From: a virus
Taxonomy: Duplodnaviria > Caudoviricetes
Strand: one strand, 5' to 3'
IMG/VR virus record: IMGVR_UViG_3300002098_000134
Coordinates: 1-26,591 of that record
Length of the DNA: 26,591 bases
Shown: positions 10,264 to 18,998 of the stretch, piece after piece
Position numbering within the stretch: the stretch's first letter is position 1
How the letters are laid out: every line of letters starts with the position of its first letter
Translations under genes and position numbers: made by a program
Notes under the pieces: generated by a model
What the model was told of the DNA's origin: nothing
The model's input: the letters and a program-made list of their open reading frames with translations, nothing else
Databases searched by the model: none

Positions 10264-10709
10264 TGGAACTTGATTTTTTAACTAAAATTCCAACCGTTGA
10301 AGATATTAATAGACTTCAGCGTGAAATGTCTACTATGAAACAAGCGGAACTTAAAACCGACCATTATTTTTCTGAAGGTATGTATTGCAGAAAAGTTTTT
10401 AGGCCTGCTGGAACTTTAATAGTAGGAAAAGTTCATAAAAAAGACCATTTTTTTATGTGTGTAGCTGGTGAAATAATTGCTTGGACTGAAAATGGTATGA
10501 AAAACCTATATGCTGGAGATATAATTGAGTCAAAACAAGGCACTAAGCGTGTTACTTATGCCATGACCGATGCTATTGGAATTACTGTTCATAAAACAGA
10601 TAAAACAGATTTAGATGAAATTGAGCAAGAATTAATTGAGCCTGATGAATTGGCTTTATTTGATTCTAGAAATAAATTAAACAAAATTGAAGTAGGGAGC
10701 TTAATATGA
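10260..10709 (+). CDS. Cupin-fold protein
   Basis: HYFSEGMYCRKVFRPAGTLIVGKVHKKDHFFMCVAGEI and AGDIIESKQGTKR resemble cupin motifs 1 and 2. Confidence 0.65.
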   Translation: MMELDFLTKIPTVEDINRLQREMSTMKQAELKTDHYFSEGMYCRKVFRPAGTLIVGKVHKKDHFFMCVAGEIIAWTENGMKNLYAGDIIESKQGTKRVTYAMTDAIGITVHKTDKTDLDEIEQELIEPDELALFDSRNKLNKIEVGSLI

Positions 10710-11665
10710 CATGGGTAGCCGCCGCAGTTGTTGCCGCACCAATAGTTAGCAATATAGCAGGAAGTATTATTGGAGGCCAAGGCTCTAGAGCCAGCGCAGG
10801 AATTCAGCAAGAAGGCTATAACAATGCTACTAATGCCATTAATACTAGTTATGGTAATGCTCAAAACCTACTAACCAATCAATATAATACTGCTTCAAAC
10901 ACATTAAATACTGGTTATACCAATGCCGCACCATATATTACTAGTAATTATGGCATGGCAATTAAAGGTTTTGCGCCATATCAAAATGCTGGAGCTTCAG
11001 CCGCCAATGAATTAAATAATTTAATTACTAGCGGATATGCTTCTCATCAATTTGATACTCAAGATTTATATAACGGTCTTTCACCTAATTATGATTTTCA
11101 ATTAAATCAAGGCCAAAAAACAAATGCCGCTTTGTATAATTTAAGCGGTGGAGCAGTTAGTGGCAATACGCTACAAGGAATTCAAAAATATACCCAAGAT
11201 TATGCTGGCAATGCTTATCAACAAGCATTTAATAATTACAACAACCAAAGAAATAGTATTTTTGGAAATATTCAGCCTGTAGCTAACATGGGTTTAACTG
11301 CCACAAACGCTGTAGGTAATTTATATGCTAGACAAGGTGATGCTTTGTCTGGATTGTCTACTGGTCAAGGAATTAATTTAGCTAATTTACAAACTGGGTA
11401 TGGAAATACTGGTGCAAATCTATTTGCAAATCAAGGTAATGCCCAAGGTCAATTAGCAATAGGTTCTTCTAATGCTAATGCTCAAGGAGTTGCAGGACAA
11501 TATGACCAATATGGAAATGCAATAGCAAGCATACCTGGAAATGCTATAAATGGACTTGTATTAAGTAAATTAATAAATCCAACAGCTTCTGGTGGAAATC
11601 TATTTGCAAATCCAACAGTTTCGCCAAATGGCAGTAATGTAGTTTCACCAGTAGCCGTTGCGTAA
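10706..11665 (+). CDS. DNA ejection/pilot protein (P22 gp7-like)
   Basis: Hydrophobic Ala/Gly N-terminus; N/Q/A/G-rich; PYQNAG and SPNYDFQLNQG...GG..SGNTL motifs; first of three internal virion genes. Confidence 0.7.
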   Translation: MTWVAAAVVAAPIVSNIAGSIIGGQGSRASAGIQQEGYNNATNAINTSYGNAQNLLTNQYNTASNTLNTGYTNAAPYITSNYGMAIKGFAPYQNAGASAANELNNLITSGYASHQFDTQDLYNGLSPNYDFQLNQGQKTNAALYNLSGGAVSGNTLQGIQKYTQDYAGNAYQQAFNNYNNQRNSIFGNIQPVANMGLTATNAVGNLYARQGDALSGLSTGQGINLANLQTGYGNTGANLFANQGNAQGQLAIGSSNANAQGVAGQYDQYGNAIASIPGNAINGLVLSKLINPTASGGNLFANPTVSPNGSNVVSPVAVA

Positions 11666-11674
11666 GGAATAATT

Positions 11675-13183
11675 ATGGCAGACATCAATCCTCAGGTTCA
11701 GCAATTTACACCAACTAATTTTGGTTATTCGCCATTAACTCATAGAGCCCCAATTGGTGGAACTCCATTAAGTGCTTTAGAAGGCGTTAATACGCTTCGT
11801 GGCATTATTAATTTAGAAAAAGAACAGGCTTTATTAGAGCCTAGTATTGCGGCTGGAAAAGCAACTTCTGAGCAAGCTATTACAGGTGCAAATACAGCAA
11901 AACTTGAAAATATGCGTAAGCAACAAGCTAATTCAACACAAAATTTGCTTAAATTGTTAAATCAAAAAAAAGCTGTAACTGATGATGATATTGAAAACCA
12001 TGTAAGGGAAACCATTTTAAATGCTGGTGGAACTCCTGAAGTTCTCAAACAAGCATTGCAAAATTTACCTAAAGGTGGAACTGATTTAGAAAATCGTGCT
12101 TTTATTGCAAAACACGCTACAAATTCTTTATCTGCTGAAGCGCAAATGTCTAGCTTATTCCCAAATGCAACAATGACAAATGTTGGTGGCGCTATTGTTC
12201 CTACTGCTACTGGCAATCCAGTATTGGCAAATCAAGCTCCAGGAACACAAGTAGGAAATGCAATACCTACAACTATTGCCCCAACGGTTGTTACAAACCA
12301 AATTACAGGCGCACCTTATGTTATTGGTGGCGGAAGACAGCCTGGCAATCAGCCTCAGGTGGGAAATGTTCCATTAAATCAAGTTCAGCCTCAAGGACAA
12401 CCTGTGCAACCACAAGCTCCTAGAGTTACTGTTCCTGTTCAAAATACACAACCTCAAAATGCGCCTGTTCAACCACAAACTGTTCAAGCAAGACCACAAG
12501 CGCAATTACAGCAATTGCCTAATGAATCTCCAGCAAACTTTAATGCTAGGGTTGCTCAAGTTCAAGGTTCATTAGTTAAGGCTCAAGACCAATTTACTAA
12601 TCCTAATAGTGAATTAGGTCATATACCAACATTGCAACAAGTTAATAATAATATTATGGGTTTGTTAAAAGACCCATCAGTTAATACTGGCGCAGTTCAA
12701 GATTATTTGGCAAAACGAACCAACAAAGGATTATCCAATCCTAAAGAACAAGAGTTAGCTAAATATTTAGAACAAAGAATACAAGCTAGAACTCCAAAAT
12801 CCGATGCTGATGCTGAAAGCAAAAAAGCCGCTTATGGCAGTTTTAATTTAGATAAATCAGCTTTAATGGATTTAGTTCGTCAAGATAACGCTTGGATTAC
12901 AACTCAAGATTTAAGAGCTAAAGGCACATTATTTAATGCTGGTTCTGCTACAAGCCCTAATTTTGGTAAAGTTGCAGAATTTAATAATCAATTTGCTCAA
13001 TTTGCTCGTGACCCAAAACTTATGCTTTATATTTCTTTGGCTGGTGAAAATCCTAATAAAATATCTATGGATAAAAGCGACCATGAAGCGGCAACTAAAT
13101 ATTTTGGAAATATGTCTAATGACCAAAAACAAAAACTTGAGCTTCAAAGACAAACTTTGCTTAAACTTATTGGAGCGCAATAA
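11675..13183 (+). CDS. Putative DNA ejection protein (gp20 position)
   Basis: 502 aa helical protein with central Q/P-rich linker; AAGGA RBS; synteny. Confidence 0.6.
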   Translation: MADINPQVQQFTPTNFGYSPLTHRAPIGGTPLSALEGVNTLRGIINLEKEQALLEPSIAAGKATSEQAITGANTAKLENMRKQQANSTQNLLKLLNQKKAVTDDDIENHVRETILNAGGTPEVLKQALQNLPKGGTDLENRAFIAKHATNSLSAEAQMSSLFPNATMTNVGGAIVPTATGNPVLANQAPGTQVGNAIPTTIAPTVVTNQITGAPYVIGGGRQPGNQPQVGNVPLNQVQPQGQPVQPQAPRVTVPVQNTQPQNAPVQPQTVQARPQAQLQQLPNESPANFNARVAQVQGSLVKAQDQFTNPNSELGHIPTLQQVNNNIMGLLKDPSVNTGAVQDYLAKRTNKGLSNPKEQELAKYLEQRIQARTPKSDADAESKKAAYGSFNLDKSALMDLVRQDNAWITTQDLRAKGTLFNAGSATSPNFGKVAEFNNQFAQFARDPKLMLYISLAGENPNKISMDKSDHEAATKYFGNMSNDQKQKLELQRQTLLKLIGAQ

Positions 13184-15282
13184 TGGCGCTTACAGAATAT
13201 TCCCCTGCTGATTTTTTAAGTTCTTTAGGTTCAAAAACCAATGAAATTAAAGAATATGCGCCTAATGATTTTTTAGGTTCATTAACTGCTAATGTTGAGC
13301 CTGTTGCAAAAACTCAACCACAAACTTCTAGTTTTTTAAAAGGCGCTGAATTTTTTGCTAGAAATCCTGTATCTCCTAATTTAATACCAGAATCCATTAA
13401 AGAGCCTTTAATAGGCGCTGGTGAAGCGGCTACTTCAATGATATCTGGCGCTGTTGCTACTCCTATTGGCGCAATAACAGGCATTTTAACTAATATTTTT
13501 AGTGATAAATATGGCACTCAAGAAGGTATCAAACTAGCAGAAAAAACTGCTGGCGACATTATTAAAACCCTTACATATGAGCCTAAATCAGATAAAGGCA
13601 AAGAATACACGCAATTATTAAGTGAATTGCCTGCAAAACTTACTGGTTCTACTATGGGCGCTCCCGTTCCTGAAGTTTGGAATTCTGCACCATTAGTTAA
13701 ACCAGCTATTTCGCAATTAACTTCTGAAAGCAAAGCATTAGCTGGCAAAGTTCTTCCTATTGAAGCCGCTAAAAATACCTATAACAATTATATGGGCGCT
13801 TTAGAAAAGCCTACATTACAAGAACAATTTGCAAGCAAACAAGGCATAAATGCTCCTTTGCCACAATCAAGTGTAGAGGTTTCACAACCTACTGCACCTG
13901 TTATTGAAAGAACTTTTAATATTCCTCAAGAACAGCCAATTAATCTTGCTGAAACTCAACCTTTTAATCCTGAACAAATAGGACAAAGAGAAGCATTATT
14001 AAAGAAAATTGGATTAGAAGATATTAGATTATCAGCTTTAACTGGAAATCCTAAAGAAGCGGCATCACAATTAATTACTTCTCAAGCAGACCAAGGACCA
14101 TATGGTTCAGGAATGACACATCAAATTAATACTGAAAAAAATGTATTAGATAGTCATTTTCAAAAAATACAAGAACAAACTGGCGGTACTGTTATTCGTC
14201 ATGGAACTAATTTTCAAGAAGGCGACAAAATTAAAGTAGGAAAAACCATTAAAGATGCTTTACAAGAAGGATATGATGAACACCAAGCTGAAACTAAAAC
14301 TCTTTATAAAGAAGCGGCTAATGCTCATGGTAATACGCCTGTAAGCGTTAATAAATTTAATGATTTTCTTAATTCTGATGAAAATTTTGCTTATCAAAAT
14401 GAAAAAGGTTTGCAAACTGGCATAAAACAATTCATGAGTCGTAATAAATTTTTAGACGAAAATGGTCAAGTTAAACCTTTAACTGTTGCACAAGCTGAAG
14501 AAATTAGAGTTTATATTAATAGCAAATACCACCATGAAACAAAAAAATTAGGTGGTGAACTTAAAGGTCTTATTGACCAAGATGTTTTTGAACAGGTTGG
14601 TGGCGAAACTTATCAAAAAGCTCGTAAAAATTATCAAAAGGGAATCCAAGTTTATGATGACCCTAAAGCATTGGGCGACTTACTTGCTGACCAAGGTGTT
14701 AACCAAAAAATACCAGATGAAAAAGTAGCATCAAAAGTAGTTACTTTGCCAAATAGTCAATTTGAGCATTTATACAATACTTTAGAATCTGATGGAAAAA
14801 CAAAAGCAACCAATCAAATTAAAACTTCATTAGTTGAGCAAATAAGAGAAGCTGGACAATCCGCTAAAGACCAACCATTTAATTCTATTGCCGCTTCTAA
14901 AGAAGCCGCCTCTTTAAGCGAAAAACTAAAAATAGCTTTTAAAAATGACCCTGAAGGCTTAAATGCTATATATGATGGCATAGAAGCTGGAAATATATTG
15001 CATATTCCTAGCCGTTATCAGGGGGCTGGTGTTCAAACTCAGTTATTAAAAAATAAGTTTAGCGAAATGGCTATACAAAAGGCTGGAACTGCAATTGGTG
15101 GAGCTACTGGCGGTATATTTGGTCCTGTAACTGGTGCGGCAGGTGCATTAATTGGTGAAAAAGCTGGTAGTGCAGGAGCAAATAAATTAAAAAGTGGTAG
15201 ACAACAAAAGCAATTACAAAAAGAAATTAAAAGCACTACTCCCATTAGCGAAATGGGTGACAAATTTCAAATTAAGGATTAA
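13183..15282 (+). CDS. Putative large DNA ejection protein (gp16 position)
   Basis: 699 aa helical; Gly/Ala hydrophobic segments near both ends (GAVATPIGAITG; AIGGATGGIFGPVTGAAGALIG); synteny. Confidence 0.6.
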   Translation: MALTEYSPADFLSSLGSKTNEIKEYAPNDFLGSLTANVEPVAKTQPQTSSFLKGAEFFARNPVSPNLIPESIKEPLIGAGEAATSMISGAVATPIGAITGILTNIFSDKYGTQEGIKLAEKTAGDIIKTLTYEPKSDKGKEYTQLLSELPAKLTGSTMGAPVPEVWNSAPLVKPAISQLTSESKALAGKVLPIEAAKNTYNNYMGALEKPTLQEQFASKQGINAPLPQSSVEVSQPTAPVIERTFNIPQEQPINLAETQPFNPEQIGQREALLKKIGLEDIRLSALTGNPKEAASQLITSQADQGPYGSGMTHQINTEKNVLDSHFQKIQEQTGGTVIRHGTNFQEGDKIKVGKTIKDALQEGYDEHQAETKTLYKEAANAHGNTPVSVNKFNDFLNSDENFAYQNEKGLQTGIKQFMSRNKFLDENGQVKPLTVAQAEEIRVYINSKYHHETKKLGGELKGLIDQDVFEQVGGETYQKARKNYQKGIQVYDDPKALGDLLADQGVNQKIPDEKVASKVVTLPNSQFEHLYNTLESDGKTKATNQIKTSLVEQIREAGQSAKDQPFNSIAASKEAASLSEKLKIAFKNDPEGLNAIYDGIEAGNILHIPSRYQGAGVQTQLLKNKFSEMAIQKAGTAIGGATGGIFGPVTGAAGALIGEKAGSAGANKLKSGRQQKQLQKEIKSTTPISEMGDKFQIKD

Positions 15283-15284
15283 TA

Positions 15285-15830
15285 ATGACAGTCTTACTAT
15301 CGCCTATTGGCAATTCAATGACACCTTTTTTAGGGCTAGATACTTTGCCTTTGGGCGGTGGACTTTTATATACTTATCAAGCTGGTTCATCTAGTGCGTT
15401 AGCAACCTATACAGGAGTTGATGGTCTTATACCTTGTGCAAATCCTATTGTTTTAGGCATTAATGGTATTTCACCAACTCCTATCTGGCTATTAAGCACT
15501 AATGCTTATAAGTTTGTATTAGCTAATTCGTCTAATGTAACGCTTTATACTTACGATAATATTTCAGGCATACCTAGCGCTGGCTCAGTAGTTAATGTAC
15601 CTACTGGCGGCATTATTATATGGTCAGGATTAGCTACAGCTATTCCATCAGGCTATGCTTTATGTAATGGAAGTAATGGAACTCCTAATTTACAAGACAG
15701 TTTTGTAGTTGGTGCTGGAAACTCTTATTCTGTTAACTCTGGTGGAGGTTTTGTATCTTCAGGAGTTATGACAAGCGTAGGTTCAAATCCTCCTCTTTAC
15801 TATGCACTAGCTTACATAATGAAAACATGA
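15285..15830 (+). CDS. Short tail adaptor: virion-binding N-domain plus tail collar domain
   Basis: PLGGGLLYTYQAGS...NPIVL N-terminus typical of podophage tailspike anchors; PTGGIIIWSG..IPSGYALCNG.NGTPNLQDSFVVGAG..PPLYYALAYIMK collar motif. Confidence 0.75.
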   Translation: MTVLLSPIGNSMTPFLGLDTLPLGGGLLYTYQAGSSSALATYTGVDGLIPCANPIVLGINGISPTPIWLLSTNAYKFVLANSSNVTLYTYDNISGIPSAGSVVNVPTGGIIIWSGLATAIPSGYALCNGSNGTPNLQDSFVVGAGNSYSVNSGGGFVSSGVMTSVGSNPPLYYALAYIMKT

Positions 15831-15834
15831 CATC

Positions 15835-16086
15835 ATGGAACAGTCAATTTACAACTGGGCTTTTGGCCTTTTAAATCTTGTGTTTGGATTTGCTTTAAAA
15901 GCCATTTGGGACTCTTATAAAGAACTAAAAGCTACAGATATGTCATTGGCTGAAAAGGTCAACAGCATCGAAATATTGGTTGCTGGTAACTATGTAAAAA
16001 AAGATGACTTTGATAGATTTACAGATGCTATTTTTACAAAATTAGATAAGATTTCAGATAAGTTAGATAACAAAGCTGACAAATGA
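15835..16086 (+). CDS. Single-TM coiled-coil membrane protein (holin/antiholin candidate)
   Basis: N-terminal hydrophobic helix, charged C-terminus; first gene of the lysis cluster. Confidence 0.55.
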   Translation: MEQSIYNWAFGLLNLVFGFALKAIWDSYKELKATDMSLAEKVNSIEILVAGNYVKKDDFDRFTDAIFTKLDKISDKLDNKADK

Positions 16087-16286
16087 CTAGAGCTATGAAG
16101 GGCGCTATGCACTCTAGAACCATGTGGTTCTCGCTTGCGTTAATGATTGTAGGCGCAGTATATGAGAATTTTTCTTATTTACAAAATGTTATTGACCCTA
16201 AATACTATGGAATTATTTTGATGTGTATTGGAGTCACTTGTGCAGTTCTACGGTTTTACACTTCTATGCCATTGGACAAAAAATGA
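16083..16286 (+). CDS. Putative two-TM holin
   Basis: 67 aa, two hydrophobic helices, basic termini; upstream of spanins and endolysin. Confidence 0.6.
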   Translation: MTRAMKGAMHSRTMWFSLALMIVGAVYENFSYLQNVIDPKYYGIILMCIGVTCAVLRFYTSMPLDKK

Positions 16287-16840
16287 ACTATCTTTTATAC
16301 GCATTAATTTTAGTGCCTGTTAATTTGATTGGAACAATTCTTACATTTCCTTTGGCTTTCATTATTGGCATTATGTATTCAACCCAAATCGGTTGGTGCA
16401 ACAACGCTACAGTATGGCAATCAGGGCCTAGACTTTGGACTCTTTTACATTGGTTTCAAACTCCTGATAACAGCTTAGATGGCGACCAAACCTTTAGAGC
16501 AGAACATAACCCTTGCTGGTGGTCAAAGGTTCAATGGCTGTGGCGCAATCCGTTCTATGGATTTGATGTTAAATTTATAGACGGTTCATCAGGTATGTCC
16601 TACGCTGGTGATATTAATTGCAATGAAACTCATCCTGGCACTATTCGTGTTGAAGGTCATAATCTATGGCAATTTAATTCTTATCAACCTTTTCTTGGAA
16701 AAATGATTTGTTTTAATTTTGGGCATAACATTCGAGCTTTAGTTGACCCTGCGTTTATTACGCCTGACCAATGGCATGACAATACAGCCTTAATTAAAAA
16801 CTTTCCTGCTACTTTTGCCTTTACGATTCGGCTGGTCTAA
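16283..16840 (+). CDS. Membrane-anchored Trp-rich phage protein of unknown function
   Basis: Likely start is ATG 16283 (ATGA overlap); N-terminal hydrophobic segment; WFQTPDNSLDGD and WLWRNP motifs. Confidence 0.6.
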   Translation: MNYLLYALILVPVNLIGTILTFPLAFIIGIMYSTQIGWCNNATVWQSGPRLWTLLHWFQTPDNSLDGDQTFRAEHNPCWWSKVQWLWRNPFYGFDVKFIDGSSGMSYAGDINCNETHPGTIRVEGHNLWQFNSYQPFLGKMICFNFGHNIRALVDPAFITPDQWHDNTALIKNFPATFAFTIRLV

Positions 16841-17254
16841 ATGTTTCCACTACCTATATCAATCTATATTTATGCGGCTTGTGCTGTGCTTGCTGTAGCA
16901 GGCCTTGGTTATGGCAAATATGAATCAGTTAAATATGATGCTTATGTTGCCAAAGTTGAACTAGCCGCTAAAGAACAAGAATTAATTAACAAATCTAAAG
17001 CTAAAGAAGCCGCACAAGTTAATGAAAAGGTAAAAAATGACTATGAAAATCGCATTGCTCTTATTAAGCGCACTTATGGTGGGTTGCGCCTCTCCAGTAC
17101 CAATCAAACAGGCTCAATTTCCGACACCACCAGCGCTACTGATGGAACAGCCGCCGACCCTAAATTTATTGAAAAATGTGCGATAACGACTCAAATGCTG
17201 GTTAGCTTACAAGGCTGGCTTAGTGAGCAAATAGGCATATTTAATGCTAAGTAA
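16841..17254 (+). CDS. Rz: Rz-like inner-membrane spanin
   Basis: N-terminal TM, Ala/Lys/Glu coiled coil, C-terminal Cys; hosts a nested lipoprotein gene. Confidence 0.8.
   Translation: MFPLPISIYIYAACAVLAVAGLGYGKYESVKYDAYVAKVELAAKEQELINKSKAKEAAQVNEKVKNDYENRIALIKRTYGGLRLSSTNQTGSISDTTSATDGTAADPKFIEKCAITTQMLVSLQGWLSEQIGIFNAK
17043..17186 (+). CDS. Rz1: Rz1-like outer-membrane spanin lipoprotein embedded in Rz
   Basis: Manually translated +1 frame: MKIALLLLSALMVG-CASPVPIKQAQFPTPPALLMEQPPTLNLLKNVR; lipobox-like signal and Pro-rich body; alternative start at 17037. Not in the ORF track. Confidence 0.85.
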   Translation: MKIALLLLSALMVGCASPVPIKQAQFPTPPALLMEQPPTLNLLKNVR

Positions 17255-17774
17255 TTTTTTGCGGTCGCTTCATTTTGTATTGCAATCGGAAGGTGGTTTT
17301 GTAGATAACCATTTAGATAGTGGCGGGGCTACTATGAAAGGTATTACGCTAAAAGTATTCCAAGAATATAAGCGCAATAACCACCTAAATAGTGAAGATT
17401 TAAGGAATATATCCGATGAAGATATTCAAGCTATTTACCGACAAAACTATTGGAATCCTGTGTTTGGCAACTTGCTTAATAGTGGTTGCGACTATCTTAT
17501 TTTTGACTTTGCAGTTAATGCTGGTGTGGGTAGGTCCATAAAGACTTTACAAAAGGTTGTAGGCACTAATGTTGATGGCGTTATGGGAAACCATACCCTA
17601 GATGTTGCAAACGCTTTAGACCCTAGTACCTTGATTATTGACTTTAGTAATGCCAAAATTAAGTTTTATGAAGATATAGTAATGGCTAGACCTAATCAGA
17701 ATGTATTCTTAAAAGGCTGGTTAAATCGAGTAGCAACTGTTAAATCCAACGCATTTCAAATATTAGGAGCTTAG
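17244..17774 (+). CDS. Endolysin, glycoside hydrolase family 108 with C-terminal peptidoglycan-binding domain
   Basis: EGGFV...DSGGATMKGIT, IYRQNYW, FDFAVNAG, DGVMG, FLKGWLNRV motifs. Confidence 0.92.
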   Translation: MLSNFLRSLHFVLQSEGGFVDNHLDSGGATMKGITLKVFQEYKRNNHLNSEDLRNISDEDIQAIYRQNYWNPVFGNLLNSGCDYLIFDFAVNAGVGRSIKTLQKVVGTNVDGVMGNHTLDVANALDPSTLIIDFSNAKIKFYEDIVMARPNQNVFLKGWLNRVATVKSNAFQILGA

Positions 17775-17775
17775 T

Positions 17776-17916
17776 ATGAAAAAAGAAGTCGAAAGCAATA
17801 AAGAACAAAAATCAGAAAATAAACAATTTATTCAATTGCGGCATGGTTTAATTACCGTAAAAAAAGAACTAGCCAAGCATGAAAAAATGCCCATGAACAA
17901 AGCTCATCCTAAATAA
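17776..17916 (+). CDS. Small basic hypothetical protein (46 aa)
   Basis: AGGAG RBS; MKKEVESNKEQ...MNKAHPK; not in the ORF track; tail-to-tail overlap with the next minus-strand gene. Confidence 0.55.
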   Translation: MKKEVESNKEQKSENKQFIQLRHGLITVKKELAKHEKMPMNKAHPK

Positions 17917-18092
17917 ATTAACGGTCTTTTGGTTTCAGCGTAATCTAATGCCGCTTGCCAGGCTTGAGTCCATAACGTTAAGGAAGTAGAACCTTGATAG
18001 AAAAAATCAGGATACAGAGCGAAAAAGGCCTCTTCGCAGTCATCCGATGGAACTTGTAGATTGCCACCAAAAGGCACTTTTTCTTCTGTCAT
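17904..18092 (-). CDS. Hypothetical protein
   Basis: 62 aa, TAATG-coupled last gene of the leftward operon; WTQAWQAA motif. Confidence 0.65.
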   Translation of the reverse strand: MTEEKVPFGGNLQVPSDDCEEAFFALYPDFFYQGSTSLTLWTQAWQAALDYAETKRPLIYLG

Positions 18093-18301
18093 TATTCTAC
18101 CCTTGTAATTTTATTTTGTTTAAGAACAGCCTCATATTCAACTTTGGCTACATCATCTAAATGCCGCATAGGAAGATTTTGAAAATAACGCCATTTTTCC
18201 TTATAGTCCTGCATTTCTGATGGTGGAGTCCAACCTAAATTTCTCCAACGAATTGTAATATCAGTTCCTTTGGCAGTCCATACATAGTTATTGTCTAACA
18301 T
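18092..18301 (-). CDS. Hypothetical protein
   Basis: 69 aa, AGGAG RBS; TDITIRWR..GWTPPSE motif. Confidence 0.65.
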   Translation of the reverse strand: MLDNNYVWTAKGTDITIRWRNLGWTPPSEMQDYKEKWRYFQNLPMRHLDDVAKVEYEAVLKQNKITRVE

Positions 18302-18455
18302 TAGTAATTGCTCCTTCTTCTATCATTAAATCAGCAAGTCGAAAAGCTCTTTCTACGGCTTGAGTGTCCCAATCTTTGTCGGTTATGTCAAACTTCCAAT
18401 CTTGGGAAATCATCAGTTTTAATAAGTCAAAAGCCATTTTTTCCCTATCCATCAT
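18288..18455 (-). CDS. Hypothetical protein (55 aa)
   Basis: Manually translated MMDREKMAFDLLKLMI...AVERAFRLADLMIEE; ATGA-coupled; fills a gap in the operon. Confidence 0.65.
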   Translation of the reverse strand: MMDREKMAFDLLKLMISQDWKFDITDKDWDTQAVERAFRLADLMIEEGAITNVRQ

Positions 18456-18727
18456 TGATAACCTCTAGGTTGTTGAATTGGATTAATTTGGTTTAATGGT
18501 GGGAATGGCGCTTGGTAGTTACCTTTATATTGCCCATTTTCACCATAAAAAACAGTAGAGGTATCAGACTGAACAGCTTTACCTTTGTATTCCCCATTTT
18601 GGTTGTAAAAATTTGTTTCATTGCCAGTAGATTGCGTTCTACCAATATATTTACCGTTGGCATCATAAATGGCTTGAGCGCTACAAACTGTTGAAATAAA
18701 GCATAAAACTCCGATTAACTTTTTCAT
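18452..18727 (-). CDS. Small secreted protein with three Y-x-x-NG-x-Y-x-G repeats
   Basis: MKKLIGVLCFISTVCSAQA signal peptide; YDANGKYIG, YNQNGEYKG, YGENGQYKG; AGGAG RBS. Confidence 0.7.
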   Translation of the reverse strand: MKKLIGVLCFISTVCSAQAIYDANGKYIGRTQSTGNETNFYNQNGEYKGKAVQSDTSTVFYGENGQYKGNYQAPFPPLNQINPIQQPRGYQ

Positions 18728-18737
18728 CAATTACTCC

Positions 18738-18998
18738 TTAAAATGGAATGGCATCGTCTTGCACTTGGTTTGAATAATTACCTTGAGGCTTGCCTTCAGG
18801 TTTATCGTCAGGAACATTAAGGTAGCACCATAAAGAACCGTCTTTTAATCCTAGCAACGGTATCATTTCTAGCTTCATCATAAGGTCGCCTTTTTTGGTT
18901 TCCGTAACAATGCCAATAGTTTGATAGCGTTTTTTAGCTACTCCAGCCTGGTCTTGGTATTCCGAAATTGCCGCTTTTACATAGTATTTAATAGCCAT
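18738..18998 (-). CDS. Putative single-stranded DNA-binding protein
   Basis: 86 aa, beta-rich with acidic C-terminal tail DDAIPF; directly follows the exonuclease. Confidence 0.6.
   Translation of the reverse strand: MAIKYYVKAAISEYQDQAGVAKKRYQTIGIVTETKKGDLMMKLEMIPLLGLKDGSLWCYLNVPDDKPEGKPQGNYSNQVQDDAIPF

Noticed and set aside
10589-15394. Antisense or alternative-frame ORFs over the ejection genes
   Set aside because: They overlap long, well-coupled plus-strand genes and show no recognisable motifs.
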